Shown here: positions 49,756 to 61,533 of the stretch, in pieces
Layout: each line of letters starts with the position of its first letter
How positions within the stretch are numbered: the first letter of the stretch is position 1
Assembly (NCBI GenBank): GCA_012026655.1
Contig: JAAILG010001046.1
Location: 1-64,000 of the forward strand
Direction: 5' to 3'
Source: Hydrolagus affinis
Lineage: Eukaryota
DNA length: 64,000 nucleotides
Notes under the pieces: generated by a model
What the model saw: only the letters and a program-made list of their open reading frames with translations
What the model was told of the DNA's origin: nothing
Databases searched by the model: none
Program-made: the position numbers and the translations under genes

Positions 49756-51648
49756 GCTCTGTAGAGCGACCTGGTTACTCAGCACTGCAAAACAGTGGAA
49801 TCTTTAGGCACAGCACACGACCATCAGATCATGGTCCTCCAGCGTCAAGACGAGCACTTTCAACACCCAGGCAAGAGCAGCTGTTGACAGCCAGAGAGTT
49901 TGGAGGAAGAAACCGGGAAAGGACCTGTAATCCCAATCCTAGGCATCAAGAGGAGAGGCACAATGCTGCAAGGGCACCTCGACACCCAACTGGAAGAGTT
50001 CCTGGGCCTCAAGGGAATCGGCAGGGTCCCCAGGAGGGCAGGAGGGAGCAGCACAATGAACAAAGGAACGAACCCAGAAGGAGAGACTTTCACGAAGGCG
50101 GGAGAGGTAGGCAGAGCGGAAATCCTCATTTCCATAGACGGGGCGGCCTGGAACACACCAGGGAGGGCTACACAAAGGACGGAGAACAGCACGTGAGAAA
50201 GATAGGCTACAAGGCCATGGAGGTGCTTTTGGACAAGGACCCATCCGAAATCGTCATCACATTAGCATGCAACGCAGGCCTCAAAGACCTGCTGAACCAA
50301 CAGGTGCACACAAATTTTATCCAACTCATTTGCAAAGTCTTGTGCAAGGCCTGCAAGTCAAGGACAGATCGTCAGAGCATTCAGCATCTCCTGAGCATTG
50401 TGAAGGACTCGGCCTTTCTGAAAAACCATTTGCCTCGCTACGTGGTTCAGATGGCCACAGATCCAATGCCCTCGCGCAGGAAACAGTATCCCGAATACAT
50501 TGAAAACATTTTGTTCTTGCTGCAGGAGCTAGTCAGCATTTTCCCAGCCAGCTCGGTGCAGGAAACCTCGATGATGATCTTGGTCTTGGAGCCCACAGTG
50601 AACACGCTCCGGGCCGCTGGTGTGTCAATCGGGGACCAGATTGAAAAGAGCATGGAGAAAGTCCAGAACATCATCCAGCATCTCCAGGAAAGGAGGAGGG
50701 ATGGGACACTCCGAACAGACACGCGATTGTTCCTCGATCCTCATGAAACTGGCCCAGAAGACGACTACAGAACCATGACCATATATCCTACCTACAGCGA
50801 GGTGCACTTGGATGAGAAACCCTTTCTTAGACCAAATCTGATCACCGAAAAATACGACAGCGCCGAGGTTTACCTCGACACCCATTTCCGTCTTCTGAGA
50901 GAAGACTTTGTGAGGCCTTTGAGGGAAGGAATTGTAGAATTGCTTCAGAATTATGACGACAAAGGCTTGAGGAGAAGAAAATTTGACGATATCCGCGTCT
51001 ACTTCAACACGCGGATTAAAGTCCCCCTCTGCACTTCCACTGGAGTGGGCTATAAGATTGAGTTTGATACTCGGCCCCTGAAGTTCGTCAGGTGGCAAAA
51101 CTCAAAGCGTTTGCTGTATGGTTCCCTTGTGTGCATGTCAAGAGACAACTTTGAAACCTTATTATTCGCCACTGTCTCAGACCGGGATCCTGAAGAGCTC
51201 AAGAAGGGCATCGTCCATCTCTCTTTTAATGAACGAAGTCGACCGACCCTGGCAGAGATCCAGCCTTCCGATTCCTTTTTAATGGTGGAGACCACAGCGT
51301 ACTTCGAAGCCTATCGCCATGTTCTGGAAGGGCTCCAGGAGATCCGAGGGGAAGATGTTCCTTTCCAGAAATACATTGTGCAATGTTGGGCAGACATCAG
51401 CGCGCCGAGCTATCTGCTTTTTGGCGATACCTACAATCTGGAAGCACTGATGAAGGAAGTCTCTCATGATGCCGAAGAAGATTTCGAGCCAACTCTCGAA
51501 TTTTTGCGAAGGCAAAACCAAATCAATATCCTTAACCCTGCGTCGTGGCCTTCGAAACAAGCGCTCAAGTTGGACGAGTCCCAGATGGAAGCCCTGCAGA
51601 TGGCACTGACCAAGGAACTGGCCATCATTCAAGGACCTCCAGGCACAG
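49756..51648 (+). CDS. ZNFX1: ZNFX1 large exon (RG-rich N-terminus, ARM-like region, helicase start)
   Basis: 1893 nt open; IGYKAMEVLLDKDPSEIV, YLDTHFRLLREDFVRPLREGI, RWQNSKRLLYGSLV, ELAIIQGPPGT|. Confidence 0.96.
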
Positions 51649-51928
51649 GTAACATCATCTGAGAAAGGGGGCTTTTGCTACTCCTCCACTTTTGGTTACA
51701 CGTTCAAGGTACGAAAAAAATTTAAACTGTGAACACATTGTAGAAATGGTCTCCATTTCTTTTTTTTAATGTGCTGCATTATTATAGCTTTAAAATACTT
51801 AAGAGTTTAGTATTGGCTTCTCCGATGTCTAAAAATACCACTCAATCATTCTAAAAAATGTATTGACAAATTCTTGAATCAAACTTTTTGAAGAACTCAA
51901 TCGAGTGACATCAAGTTATTTCTTGCAG

Positions 51929-52060
51929 GCAAAACGTACGTGGGATTAAAAATTGTCCAAGCTCTTTTGGCCAACGAGCCAATTTGGCAGCCTGGGCTAA
52001 GGAAGTGTCCGATTTTGGTCGTATGTTACACCAACCATGCATTGGACCAGTTTCTAGAAG
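51929..52060 (+). CDS. ZNFX1: ZNFX1 coding exon 3
   Basis: GKTYVGLKIVQALL...ILVVCYTNHALDQFLE (completes Walker A; motif Ia). Confidence 0.95.
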
Positions 52061-52712
52061 GTACGTCTGACAACTTAAATGCTTGTTGTATTATAGTCGA
52101 GTATTTGATTGATTAGGCCCGTCTCAAGACCTTCCTACCTCCTCCACACCCCGTGCCATGCACACCTCTTGGCTCCAGCCACCAGCTCTGTCGCAAACCC
52201 TTCACTGTCCAGAGCCCTGCGATGTCTTCCTGATGTGAAAGGCACGATATAAAATCATTTTGTTGTTGTTCTAATACATTCATTTTGAAATTTGCTGAGC
52301 TGTATGCCTGTATGCCATCTTCCTGCATTTATAAGGCATTATGTTGGATATACTTTCACACATATTATTCAATTTTTTTTGTATTAGTGCCATCAAGTAA
52401 TTATATTAATATAGTTTGGGATTTGAAATAACAAGTTTTTCAGAAGGTTCTTAAACGTTTACAGATGTTGGCATAACACTGCAGTCTTACCTAAATTTTG
52501 TGATTTAATAATCTATGTGATCTTTCCCAAGAACTTGTCGAGGGGTTATTTGATAGTCTGTGTTGATCTTTGTTAAGTGATCTCCATCTTCACTTATTTT
52601 AAAACTTGTATTTGATTTGCATCAGAGAACTGAGCTGAAAATGTTGAAATGAAAGAAACAAGACAAATCTAGCTGAGGGGAAACAAGGTAACTTGTGTCT
52701 TTTTCTTCGTAG

Positions 52713-52861
52713 GAATCTATGGGTTTTTGCACAGAGGCCTGGTCAGAGTCGGTGGAAGGAGCAACAGTGAGCTACTGAAGAAGTTCACGCTGAAGGAGCT
52801 GCGAAATAGCAGGGACTTCAGAAGAAAACTGCCTCAACATCTACGAGGAGCCTATTTTGAG
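52713..52861 (+). CDS. ZNFX1: ZNFX1 coding exon 4
   Basis: GIYGFLHRGLVRVGGRSNSELLKKFTLKELR...YFE|gtaag. Confidence 0.93.
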
Positions 52862-52971
52862 GTAAGCCTGCCGTGTTACTCCCAACAGCTCAAAATGCTT
52901 CATGGTCTCAGCCTTTAACATTGTTCTTAAAGTGTGCAGAATTATGGAAAATTCTTAAGTTCAAATTTAAC

Positions 52972-53290
52972 CTCCTGTAGCTTAGTGGTTAGAGCACTCA
53001 CCTTGCAAGCGAGAGACCTGGGTTTGATTCCTGATAGGACAAAACGTTGGACAAGTTTCCTTACTCCACATGTATCTATTTGCCTAGCAGTAAATAGGAA
53101 CCCAGTTGTTAGTAAATTGGTGGATCACTTTTCCATCAGTAATGATTTCTTCCTTCCAAAAAAAAATGTTACTCACTCAATCCACGACTGTTTGTGGGAC
53201 ACTGTGGTGCACAGTTGGCTGCCATGTTTCGCCCACAAAAATATAAAGTCAATTCATTTTACAGTATATTCTGTGAAGCGCTTTGAGACT
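52972..53290 (+). mobile_element. tRNA-headed SINE, long class, tail clipped
   Basis: tcctgtagcttagtggttagagcactc...ctagcagtaaataggaaccc...gaagcgctttgagac. Confidence 0.88.
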
Positions 53291-53336
53291 TAAGAGTAAG
53301 GCATTGTATGAAAGTGTTGTGATCACTTTACTTTAG

Positions 53337-53480
53337 GTAACAAACCAGATGAGGGAATCGGAGCAAAAGATATGCGAGGCAGCCAAGCACCTGGAATGCA
53401 CCACACAGGGGGTCCTTCATGAGCAGTTCCTGGAGAAATACATCCTGGAGAGGCACTGGAACAGCTTGCAACGTGGGCTG
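53337..53480 (+). CDS. ZNFX1: ZNFX1 coding exon 5
   Basis: VTNQMRESEQKICEAAKHLECTTQGVLHEQFLEKYILERHWNSLQRGL; 144 nt, phase 0-0. Confidence 0.9.
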
Positions 53481-53664
53481 GTATGACCACATATTTCGTA
53501 ACTATTTCTGATGTTTGGGGAGGCTCATTGTCTTTGATTTGTCAGGTATGGTAGTTTTAAGCTTGCTAAAGCCCCCCCCCCCCCACACACACACACACAC
53601 ACACACATACTTAAATAACTTATTTGTTATGTGCTTTTCCTTCTATGAAGATGGGAATGTAATA

Positions 53665-54185
53665 ACAGGGGGAGGGTCATTCATCCCGTCAACAAGAGGA
53701 CATAGGTTTAGAGTTGTCAAGGGCAATTTCAAAACAGATACCAGGAAGGTTTTCTTTATGCAGAGAGTAATCAACGGCTGGAATCGATTGCTAAGAAAGT
53801 GGTAGAGGCCAGGACTCTGGAGCTCATTTAAAAAGCAGCTTGATGCAGTGATGGGGCTGGGTTGGCCTGGATACATGAGATTGGATGGGCCAAAGGACCT
53901 TCTTCATCTGAAACAGTCTTATGATCTTGTGTAAAGATCTTGTGTAAAGATCATGACAGATCTTATTCAAAATCCGGCTTTCCCCCATACCTTCTTCCCA
54001 AGGATCTACCATCTATCTCCCTTTTAAACATCCCAATTAATTCTGCCCCTGTAGCCTTCTGGAGCAGTGCATTCCACATCTTCACAATGTTTTGTGTGAA
54101 GAAATGTTTCTGATCTCACTTCTAACCATCCCAGCTCTATTTATATATCCCCTTGTTCTTTTCTACTGCAAGACTGATTTTCTTT
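53665..54185. mobile_element. Two CR1 remnants in opposite orientation (+ 53665-53925; - about 53960-54185)
   Basis: TRGHRFRVVKGNFKTDTRKVFFMQRVINGWNRL on +; gcattccacatc...tgtgaagaaatg is the reverse-strand equivalent. Confidence 0.7.
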
Positions 54186-54474
54186 AAAGTACACTATTCT
54201 TGGAAACTTTAAGGCAGACTTCTCTTCTCCTCATTCTATGTCCTTTGGGAAAATACAGTAGCTCTATATCAAGAGGAAAGTTCATGCCTTGCGAGGAATA
54301 ACTCTCGGATTCTGTAACATCTGGCATGTCAGTCACGACGGTAAGTCTTGTCATTAGCATTGCAAACCTGTCTGAACTTAAGCACTCTGAGATGCTACCC
54401 TGCGTGGAGGGCGCTATATAAGTGAAAATTGCTGCTGTTGGTGAATCTTCACTGAGCATTTCGTGCTTTTCTAG

Positions 54475-54595
54475 GCATATGATGACTTTCATTTTACTGG
54501 AAGAAGACATTCAATGATCTTAGAATGGCTGGGACTTGGGTTTACGGCTGTGACTGGAATACCTGGAGTAGATCAACAGAATCCAGAAAATGCAG
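54475..54595 (+). CDS. ZNFX1: ZNFX1 coding exon 6
   Basis: AYDDFHFTGRRHSMILEWLGLG...NA G|gtaat; 121 nt. Confidence 0.88.
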
Positions 54596-55217
54596 GTAAT
54601 GACTCACAGTCAGCTTCTACAGTGTGTGACTTTTGTATCCTATGTAGCTTATTGTGTACGTACAGCAAACATTTTTTAAATTGCCGTTTCCCACCCTATA
54701 CACATTATTCCCCACCCTGCCCGCTATTTATGCTGACACAATACCAATGTAATTTTGTTGTTGCTAACCATTTGTACAACCTGTTCATTGGAGGAGCAGA
54801 ACAATCAGGGCTGTGGTGTTTCTATCTCATGATATAGGAGGCAATAACAGCTGATAATAAGGAGCCACGGTTCATGGGGAATTCAGCCTCCCATCTGGAA
54901 GCCATTTCTCCACAGTCCCCAATGTGGTTATAAACTAAGACTTGATTGAAGATTGTTGGAAAATCTCAGTGGTGTTTGCCTTTATTTCCACATCACACCA
55001 TACGTTCAAATCCCTCCATGGTCTTGCCCCACCTTCCTCTGTGGTTTCCTGTGACCCTACTGCCCAGGCCACTGCCTCTGCTAAGTGAACGCAAGCCTGC
55101 TCCATGTCTACCCCCCCCACCCACTCCTCCTCCCCATCCGCTCCCGCCCCAACTCACTCTGTTGAAAACTCTTCCCGATTCCTAAAAAACCTTCTCTCTC
55201 TTTGACACACTTGATAG

Positions 55218-55477
55218 AAGACGACCAGCAGGAGGACAGTGAAGATGAAGATGCAGAGGAGGAATTCATTCACATTTCCGAGGAAGCAGATCTCATCCAG
55301 GCGGAGAGAGTGATCGATGACGATGAGCCCAAATTGCGGAGCAAGAAGAAACAAGACGAAGATACTGCTGAACTGGCAAACATGCTGCTGGCGATGAACC
55401 TGGACAGCCAGGCAGCTCAAGGAGCTCAGATGGGAGCCAACAGTGCATCACAGCAGCAGGAGGAAGGCCCCTGGGAG
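55218..55477 (+). CDS. ZNFX1: ZNFX1 coding exon 7 (acidic linker)
   Basis: EDDQQEDSEDEDAEEEFIHISEEADLIQAERVIDDDE...ELANMLLAMNLD...PWE|gtaaa. Confidence 0.9.
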
Positions 55478-55818
55478 GTAAACACACAACCTCTGAAACT
55501 TAGAGGCGTTTCTTTGGCTCTGTTGGTAGCATTCTCATCACCGCGTCACAAAGTTGTTGGGACTTGAGTTCCTAAACTAGGCTGGCACTCCAGTGCAGAA
55601 CTGTAAGTCCTTTCTGACCTCTTTATACTGCAGAAGTTCAGAAGAGATCTGCGGTAAACACAGCTAATCCTGCTCCACACCTCTCAAGCTCCCACACATC
55701 GCCAGTCTCAGGAACTCCTGATAGCACAGCACGTTCAGTTTACACTATTCAATGGCAAGATCAGAGGCTGCTTATGTTAACGCATTTTACCTTAGTGGAT
55801 CATTCCTTCTTTTAACAG

Positions 55819-55958
55819 GTACAGGCAGACCAAAAGAAGAAAATGAAACGGAAGGCAAAAGCAGAATTGCTGAAAAGTGGCTCAATGAGTGAAATGGAGG
55901 AAAAGGGAATTATCAATATCTGGACCCTTCCCCTGAAGGATCGGTGGAACCTATACAG
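55819..55958 (+). CDS. ZNFX1: ZNFX1 coding exon 8
   Basis: VQADQKKKMKRKAKAELLK...IWTLPLKDRWNLYR. Confidence 0.92.
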
Positions 55959-55995
55959 GTCAGAGGTCATAGAAACCTTTCCTATTTTGTCAAAC

Positions 55996-56280
55996 GTGGC
56001 TCAGTTTGGTAGTGGTCTTGCAACTGAGTCAGAAGGTTGGTAGCTCAAGCTCCACATCAGGACTTTGAGCCCCCTTTCCAGCCTGATGCTCCAATGCAGT
56101 GCAGAAAATGTGCTGTATTGTCAGAGTTGCTGTCCTTTGGATGAGATATTAAACCAAACTTGATCAGGTGGATGTTAAAGATCCCATCCCACCATTTGAA
56201 AAGAGAAGGGAGTTTCTCCTGGCATCCTGGCCAACAATTCTTCAGATACAACTAATCATTCATTGACCCCTGTGCAAACG
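55996..56280 (+). mobile_element. Older DeuSINE (AmnSINE1/SacSINE1-like, from recall)
   Basis: tRNA-like head gtggctcagtttggtag...gagtcagaaggtt; Deu-like core ggatgagatattaaacc..tcaggtggatgttaaagatccca..tctcctggcatcctggccaa; similar piece at 5630-5790. Confidence 0.65.
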
Positions 56281-56572
56281 TTGCCAGTCAAGACTAGTAC
56301 GAAGGGTGTATATTTTTTATGGTTTATCACACAGGTGACAATGATATTGCTTGGGAATAATTCCACTGATTAGACACATATTTTAAAGAAGTGCTTTTCG
56401 TGCCAGGAAGAGATCTCAAAGTGACTGAAACCGCACTGGATGGGCACCTGAAATCCATTCAGATGGGAAGACATGCGAGTCTCACTGAACAGATTGCTCT
56501 TTCAAAGAGCGTCACAGTGCACGTTGGGTGGGATTTTTCAGGGATTGTGAAGGTGGTCCTTTTACTCCACAG

Positions 56573-56727
56573 GTCGTGGCTGTCCGCGTATCAGATTGAC
56601 ATCAGACGGCGGTTAGTCCAGCATGAACAGCTGTACCAGGCCGCTGCGGACAGACTGGCCGAGCTGAGGCTACAGGAAGACCTCTGGGTCCTGAAAGAAG
56701 CTAAAGTTGTTGGCATGACAACCACAG
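56573..56727 (+). CDS. ZNFX1: ZNFX1 coding exon 9
   Basis: SWLSAYQIDIRRRLVQHEQLYQAAADRLAELRLQEDLWVLKEAKVVGMTTT. Confidence 0.94.
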
Positions 56728-56856
56728 GTCTGATCATTTTCATCAGTTGGCATTAACCTGCCTCCGTGGCATGGAAAGTTTGCCACAGGCGATTTTATTT
56801 GCACGCTTGGGTGAGTGAGGCTGGGGCAATTAACCTCGCGTTCTCTCTGCCATCAG

Positions 56857-57002
56857 GTGCAGCTAAATACAGGAAAGTGCTTCAGGAGGTGGGGCCTCGG
56901 ATTGTAGTGGTGGAGGAAGCGGCTGAGGTTTTGGAAGCACATTTGATAACCACACTCAGCAGTGCGTGCCAGCACCTAATTCTGATTGGAGACCATCAAC
57001 AG
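56857..57002 (+). CDS. ZNFX1: ZNFX1 coding exon 10
   Basis: [29 protein letters not shown]...LILIGDHQQ (Walker B EEAA; motif III). Confidence 0.95.
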
Positions 57003-57027
57003 GTTAGATTGCAAATCTTCCTTTATA

Positions 57028-57254
57028 CAGTAAAAGCCCGTTTATCAGTGACCCGATCAACCGTAACTTCCGTAAAACCGGCATCTCAAAAAAAAGGTCC
57101 GCATTCGATTAACCAGAATTTATTCGGCACAATGCATTATTTTGGGGGATTTTTTTTTTTGTGTTTTCGGCTGAATATCTGGCACACGCTTTTAACCGGC
57201 ATTGGCCAGGTTATCCAGTACTCCCGAGAGTACCGGATAAACGGGCTTTTATTG
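57028..57254. mobile_element. Tc1/mariner-pogo(Tigger)-type MITE, copy 2
   Basis: TA-CAGTAAAAGCCCGTTTATC...GATAAACGGGCTTTTATTG-TA; interior collinear with 17601-17824. Confidence 0.88.
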
Positions 57255-57621
57255 TACATGTAAATGTTCACCACCAATCCCCAACCAAATAGCTTTTGCC
57301 TTTTTCAATTTATCACGACCTTCAAGAATCTTAGATACCTCAATCATATTCCTTCCCCACTTCTCAGCACCAGAGGAAAAATACCACATGATGTTTTCTT
57401 GTGGGAAGTTGTCATGTAAATGTTCTCTACAGGGTCTTATTGTGAAACTTTGTTCTCTGATTTCTCCAATGATTAAAAAAACACACAACCACTGTCTTAT
57501 GAATGTGATACCTTTTACAGCGATTGACAATCGGGCATTTGATGACCAGATCGCCATCAATCACGTTGCTAAATCTTTGTCTCTCTTACCCGTTATTGAT
57601 ATATATTATGTTTCCTGACAG

Positions 57622-57732
57622 CTGCGTCCCAGTGCTACCGTGTATGACTTGGCCAGAAACTTCTATCTAGAAGTGTCTTTGTTTGAACGACTTGTAAAAA
57701 TGAATGTTCCTTACGTGCGACTGGATTACCAG
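57622..57732 (+). CDS. ZNFX1: ZNFX1 coding exon 11
   Basis: LRPSATVYDLARNFYLEVSLFERLVKMNVPYVRLDYQ. Confidence 0.95.
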
Positions 57733-58355
57733 GTGAGAACTTGGCAGAGACAGAACCCAGGTCAATTCTTCAGGGTGCACCAAGACAGTAGAACAAGTGT
57801 ACATTGGTTTAGAGTCATGGAGGGCAATTTCTTGACAGATGTGAGGAAGGTTGCATTAACTAGAGGGTAATTAATGACTGGAAGAGATTCTCAGGAAGGC
57901 TGGTTGAGGTCAGGACACTGGAGTCATTTAAAAATAAAAAGCTTAGTGCTCTGATGCGACTGGGTATTCCAGAAGGTAGAGATCAGATGGGCTGAAGGAC
58001 ATTCTTCATAGGAACATGCAATGAAGATGCGTTGACTACAGTCTGGTTTCATTCTTTCTGGAATGCGCACATTATTGAGGTTAAAGCATGTAAAAGTGAT
58101 GTTTTTCAACTGTTAAATAAAATTGTGCAAAGGCTTCTCTGAACTATACTCAGCCCTCTGCTGGTGTGATTATCATTCGTTGCATAATGTAAATTATTCT
58201 ACCCAGCGCAAACCATCTTTCTGCAAGAGGAACACAAGATCAATAGAGGGTTTTTCTTCAGTCATACTGATAACTGTACCACCTGAATGCTCTTGTTTCA
58301 AGGGAAGGAGAATGAATGCTGCTAATTCTGTGTTTTTGCTGAATTTTTGTTCCAG

Positions 58356-58451
58356 CATCGAATGCGTCCTGAGATAGCAGAGCTCTTGACTCCTCATATC
58401 TATGAGCAGCTCGAGAATCACCCTTCAGTAATGGATTATGAAAACATCAAG
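58356..58451 (+). CDS. ZNFX1: ZNFX1 coding exon 12
   Basis: HRMRPEIAELLTPHIYEQLENHPSVMDYENIK. Confidence 0.95.
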
Positions 58452-59088
58452 GTTTGGGTTGCGTTTCTGGATTTGTATTCAATAATCAGTCGTGTATTTT
58501 GTAGCGGAAAAAGAATTCCATGCAGATTGCAGCGTTTCTTGCCGTTTGACCCAAATGTTTCAGTGAAGCATTGCTGATCTGGACTTCGGGGGCCCAGTTT
58601 AGAATTGTAAAAGAACCTTAGAATCTTGCAACATAGAAACAGGCCACTTCACCCATCAAATCTAGACTGTTGTTGTTTAATCCCAATCTAATCCTGCTCT
58701 CCTACTCAATTCCCCATATTCTCTGATATTCCTCCACCTCAAATACAATTGCAGGCTGTTGTTGCTGTTGCAGTGACCATTAGGATGATGTACAACAACA
58801 ACAACAAATTTACATTTGTTTGGCGCCTTTCATGTCGGGAGCGTTAGAGAGTAAGGTTGCGCCTGTGGGACTGTATTCCATTTGAAGGAAAAAGGAATTG
58901 GGTTGTTCTCTCAGCGGGAGGAGGAAAGGGAGGAGAAAAAGAAGTAAACAAATGGATCTATCTTCTTAACAATCAACTTGACAAATCGTTCTTTTGTCAC
59001 TTGTCCGTGTGCAGCAACATCGGTCAAAATAGGAATCTGTGGTATTTGATGTGACCTTCTCTTTTATCCTCTTTCAATCATATGACAG

Positions 59089-61533
59089 GGCGTTTCCTCT
59101 GACCTCTACTTTCTGGAGCACGATTTCCCCGAAGAGGAAATCCAAGATGGGAAGAGCCACCAGAACCGTCACGAAGCAGCCTTTGTCGTGGCGCTGTGTC
59201 ACTATCTGATCTGCCAGGATTACTCGCCCTCGCAGATCACCATCCTCACCACCTACACGGGACAGCTCTTCTGCCTGCGTAAGATGATGCCGTCCAAGAA
59301 GTTTGCCGGGGTCAGAGTCCACGTGGTCGACAAGTACCAGGGAGAGGAGAACGACATTATTTTACTTTCACTGGTGAGAAGCAACCGAGCGGGTAAGGTT
59401 GGGTTCTTGCAGATTGCTAACCGCATCTGCGTGGCTCTCTCGCGCGCCAAGAAAGGTCTGTACTGCATAGGGAACATGAGTATGTTGGGGAACGTACCCC
59501 TGTGGAGCAAGATCATGCACACCTTGCGGGAGAAAGACAACATCGGGCATTCGCTGATGCTCACCTGCCAGAACCACCCCAAAACGTCAACCCTGGTGTC
59601 CAAAGCCGAGGATTTCAGCCAGGTGCCCGAGGGGGGCTGCAGCCTGCCGTGCAATTTCCGCCTGGATTGCGGGCACGTTTGCACCCGCGCCTGCCACCCG
59701 TACGACATGGAGCACAAGAAGTTCAACTGCATGAAGCCCTGCCAGAAGGTGCTGTGCCCGGACGGCCACCGGTGCCCGAGGTCGTGCTACGAGAAGTGCG
59801 GCAACTGCCGGGTGAAGGTGGACAAGGTGATCCCGCAGTGCGGACACCTGCAAAAAGTGCCTTGTTCCATGGACGCGGAGAATTTCTCCTGCAAGGAACC
59901 CTGCTCCAAGACCCTCTGGTGTGGCCACCTGTGCGTGGCCTCGTGCGGGGAGGACTGCGCCAACTGCACCGTCAAAGTGCCCATCACACTGAAGTGCAAC
60001 CACACTCAAGAGGTGGAGTGCTACATCAAGGAAGCCGCGAAGATCGGCACCTCGGTGGCCTGCAAGGAGAAGTGCAAGGCCACGTTGGACTGCGCCCACC
60101 AGTGTACGGGCTCCTGCCACCGTTGCTACGAGGGACGTTTCCACGTCAGCTGCACGCAGCCCTGCAGGCGGCTGCTCATCTGCTCCCACGAGTGCCTGGA
60201 GCCCTGCACCAACCAGTGTCCCCCGTGCCAGCGGACCTGCCAAAACGTGTGCAAGCACAGCAAGTGCGGGAGGAAGTGCGGGGAGCTGTGCACGCCCTGC
60301 ATAGAGCCGTGCGAGTGGGCCTGCCGGCACTACCGGTGCCAGAGGCTCTGCTCGGAGCCTTGCGACCGGCCCCCCTGCAACGAGCCCTGCAGGAAACGCC
60401 TCAAGTGTGGTCACCCCTGCATCGGCCTGTGCGGGGAGCTCTGCCCGAAGAAATGCCGCGTCTGCCACAACGCCGAGGTCACGGAAATCATGTTCGGCAG
60501 TGAGGATGAGCCGGACGCCAGGTTCGTTCAGCTGGAGGACTGCGGCCACCTCTTCGAGGTCAGCGGACTCGACCACTACATGAACCAGGAAGAGGATGGC
60601 GAGGGCACGGTGATCAAGCTGAAGGACTGCCCAAGGTGCCGGACGCCCATCAGGAAAAACCTCCGCTACGGCTCCATCATCAAGAAGAGCCTCTGGGAAA
60701 TTGAAAAGGTGAAGAAGATCGTGAAGGGCGACCCGGAGGAAAACACGAGAAATGGGCAACATCTGATGGCAGTGCTCAAGGAACGTGCCATCATAGCTCA
60801 GCAGTTTCAGATTCAGAACAAAAGACTCTCCTCCTCCCTGCTCTCGTCTGGAATCTCGATGCAGGATTTGAGCGTGGCTGAAAATAAAATCACGTTCCTC
60901 TCGAGACTGGCGGAACTTAAAAGTCAAGAGGCAAGGCTAAGCTTTGACATGAAAGGGAAGTTTAATGCAAAGCTGAACGAGTGTCTAAGATGGTTGGATA
61001 AATCTCGGTCGAAATTCACGGGACAGGAGCTTATGGATCTTCAAAGCGAAATTCAGCGGATTACATTTCTTGTCGACCTGTACGTCCGGTGTAACATAGC
61101 TTCGAGCAGGAAGCTCAACTCCTCAACAGAACAGGACATCAATAGTGTACAGATGATTCTTGAAGGTACAAAGAAATTCATGGAAGAGGACGAGCAATTT
61201 GTGAAGGAGCAAATGGAAAAACTGAAGTCCATTCTGCCTGCAACCGGACTTGGTATTTCTGACTGCGACAGAGTGATGATTATCAAGGCGATGGGACTCC
61301 GTCAGGGTCACTGGTTCAAATGCCCAAACGACCATGTCTACGTTATTACTGAATGCGGAGGTGCAATGGAGAAAAGTAAATGCCCGGATTGCAATGCCAC
61401 GATTGGGGGTATGGACCATGCTTTAGAGAGCAGCAACCAACTGGCTTCGGAAATGGACGGCGCTCAGCATTCTGCCTGGTCAGACGTTGCGAATAATATG
61501 ATGAACTTTGCGGATCTTCGAAGATTCCTGTAG
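59089..61533 (+). CDS. ZNFX1: ZNFX1 last exon (helicase C-lobe, NF-X1 Zn fingers, RING-like region, RZ finger)
   Basis: VDKYQGEEND, NRICVALSRAK, repeated CGHxC...CH fingers, LEDCGHLFE...CPRCRTPI, GHWFKCPNDHVYVITECGGAM..SKCPDCNATIGG; TAG ends at 61533. Confidence 0.97.
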   Translation, partial: GVSSDLYFLEHDFPEEEIQDGKSHQNRHEAAFVVALCHYLICQDYSPSQITILTTYTGQLFCLRKMMPSKKFAGVRVHVVDKYQGEENDIILLSLVRSNRAGKVGFLQIANRICVALSRAKKGLYCIGNMSMLGNVPLWSKIMHTLREKDNIGHSLMLTCQNHPKTSTLVSKAEDFSQVPEGGCSLPCNFRLDCGHVCTRACHPYDMEHKKFNCMKPCQKVLCPDGHRCPRSCYEKCGNCRVKVDKVIPQCGHLQKVPCSMDAENFSCKEPCSKTLWCGHLCVASCGEDCANCTVKVPITLKCNHTQEVECYIKEAAKIGTSVACKEKCKATLDCAHQCTGSCHRCYEGRFHVSCTQPCRRLLICSHECLEPCTNQCPPCQRTCQNVCKHSKCGRKCGELCTPCIEPCEWACRHYRCQRLCSEPCDRPPCNEPCRKRLKCGHPCIGLCGELCPKKCRVCHNAEVTEIMFGSEDEPDARFVQLEDCGHLFEVSGLDHYMNQEEDGEGTVIKLKDCPRCRTPIRKNLRYGSIIKKSLWEIEKVKKIVKGDPEENTRNGQHLMAVLKERAIIAQQFQIQNKRLSSSLLSSGISMQDLSVAENKITFLSRLAELKSQEARLSFDMKGKFNAKLNECLRWLDKSRSKFTGQELMDLQSEIQRITFLVDLYVRCNIASSRKLNSSTEQDINSVQMILEGTKKFMEEDEQFVKEQMEKLKSILPATGLGISDCDRVMIIKAMGLRQGHWFKCPNDHVYVITECGGAMEKSKCPDCNATIGGMDHALESSNQLASEMDGAQHSAWSDVANNMMNFADLRRFL

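Noticed and set aside
49860-51632. Several short overlapping ORFs on both strands
   Set aside because: All lie within the large ZNFX1 exon
59587-60927. 446-aa antisense ORF and 333-aa alternative-frame ORF (59502-60503)
   Set aside because: Shadows of the high-GC3 ZNFX1 frame; non-ATG starts and no recognisable domain
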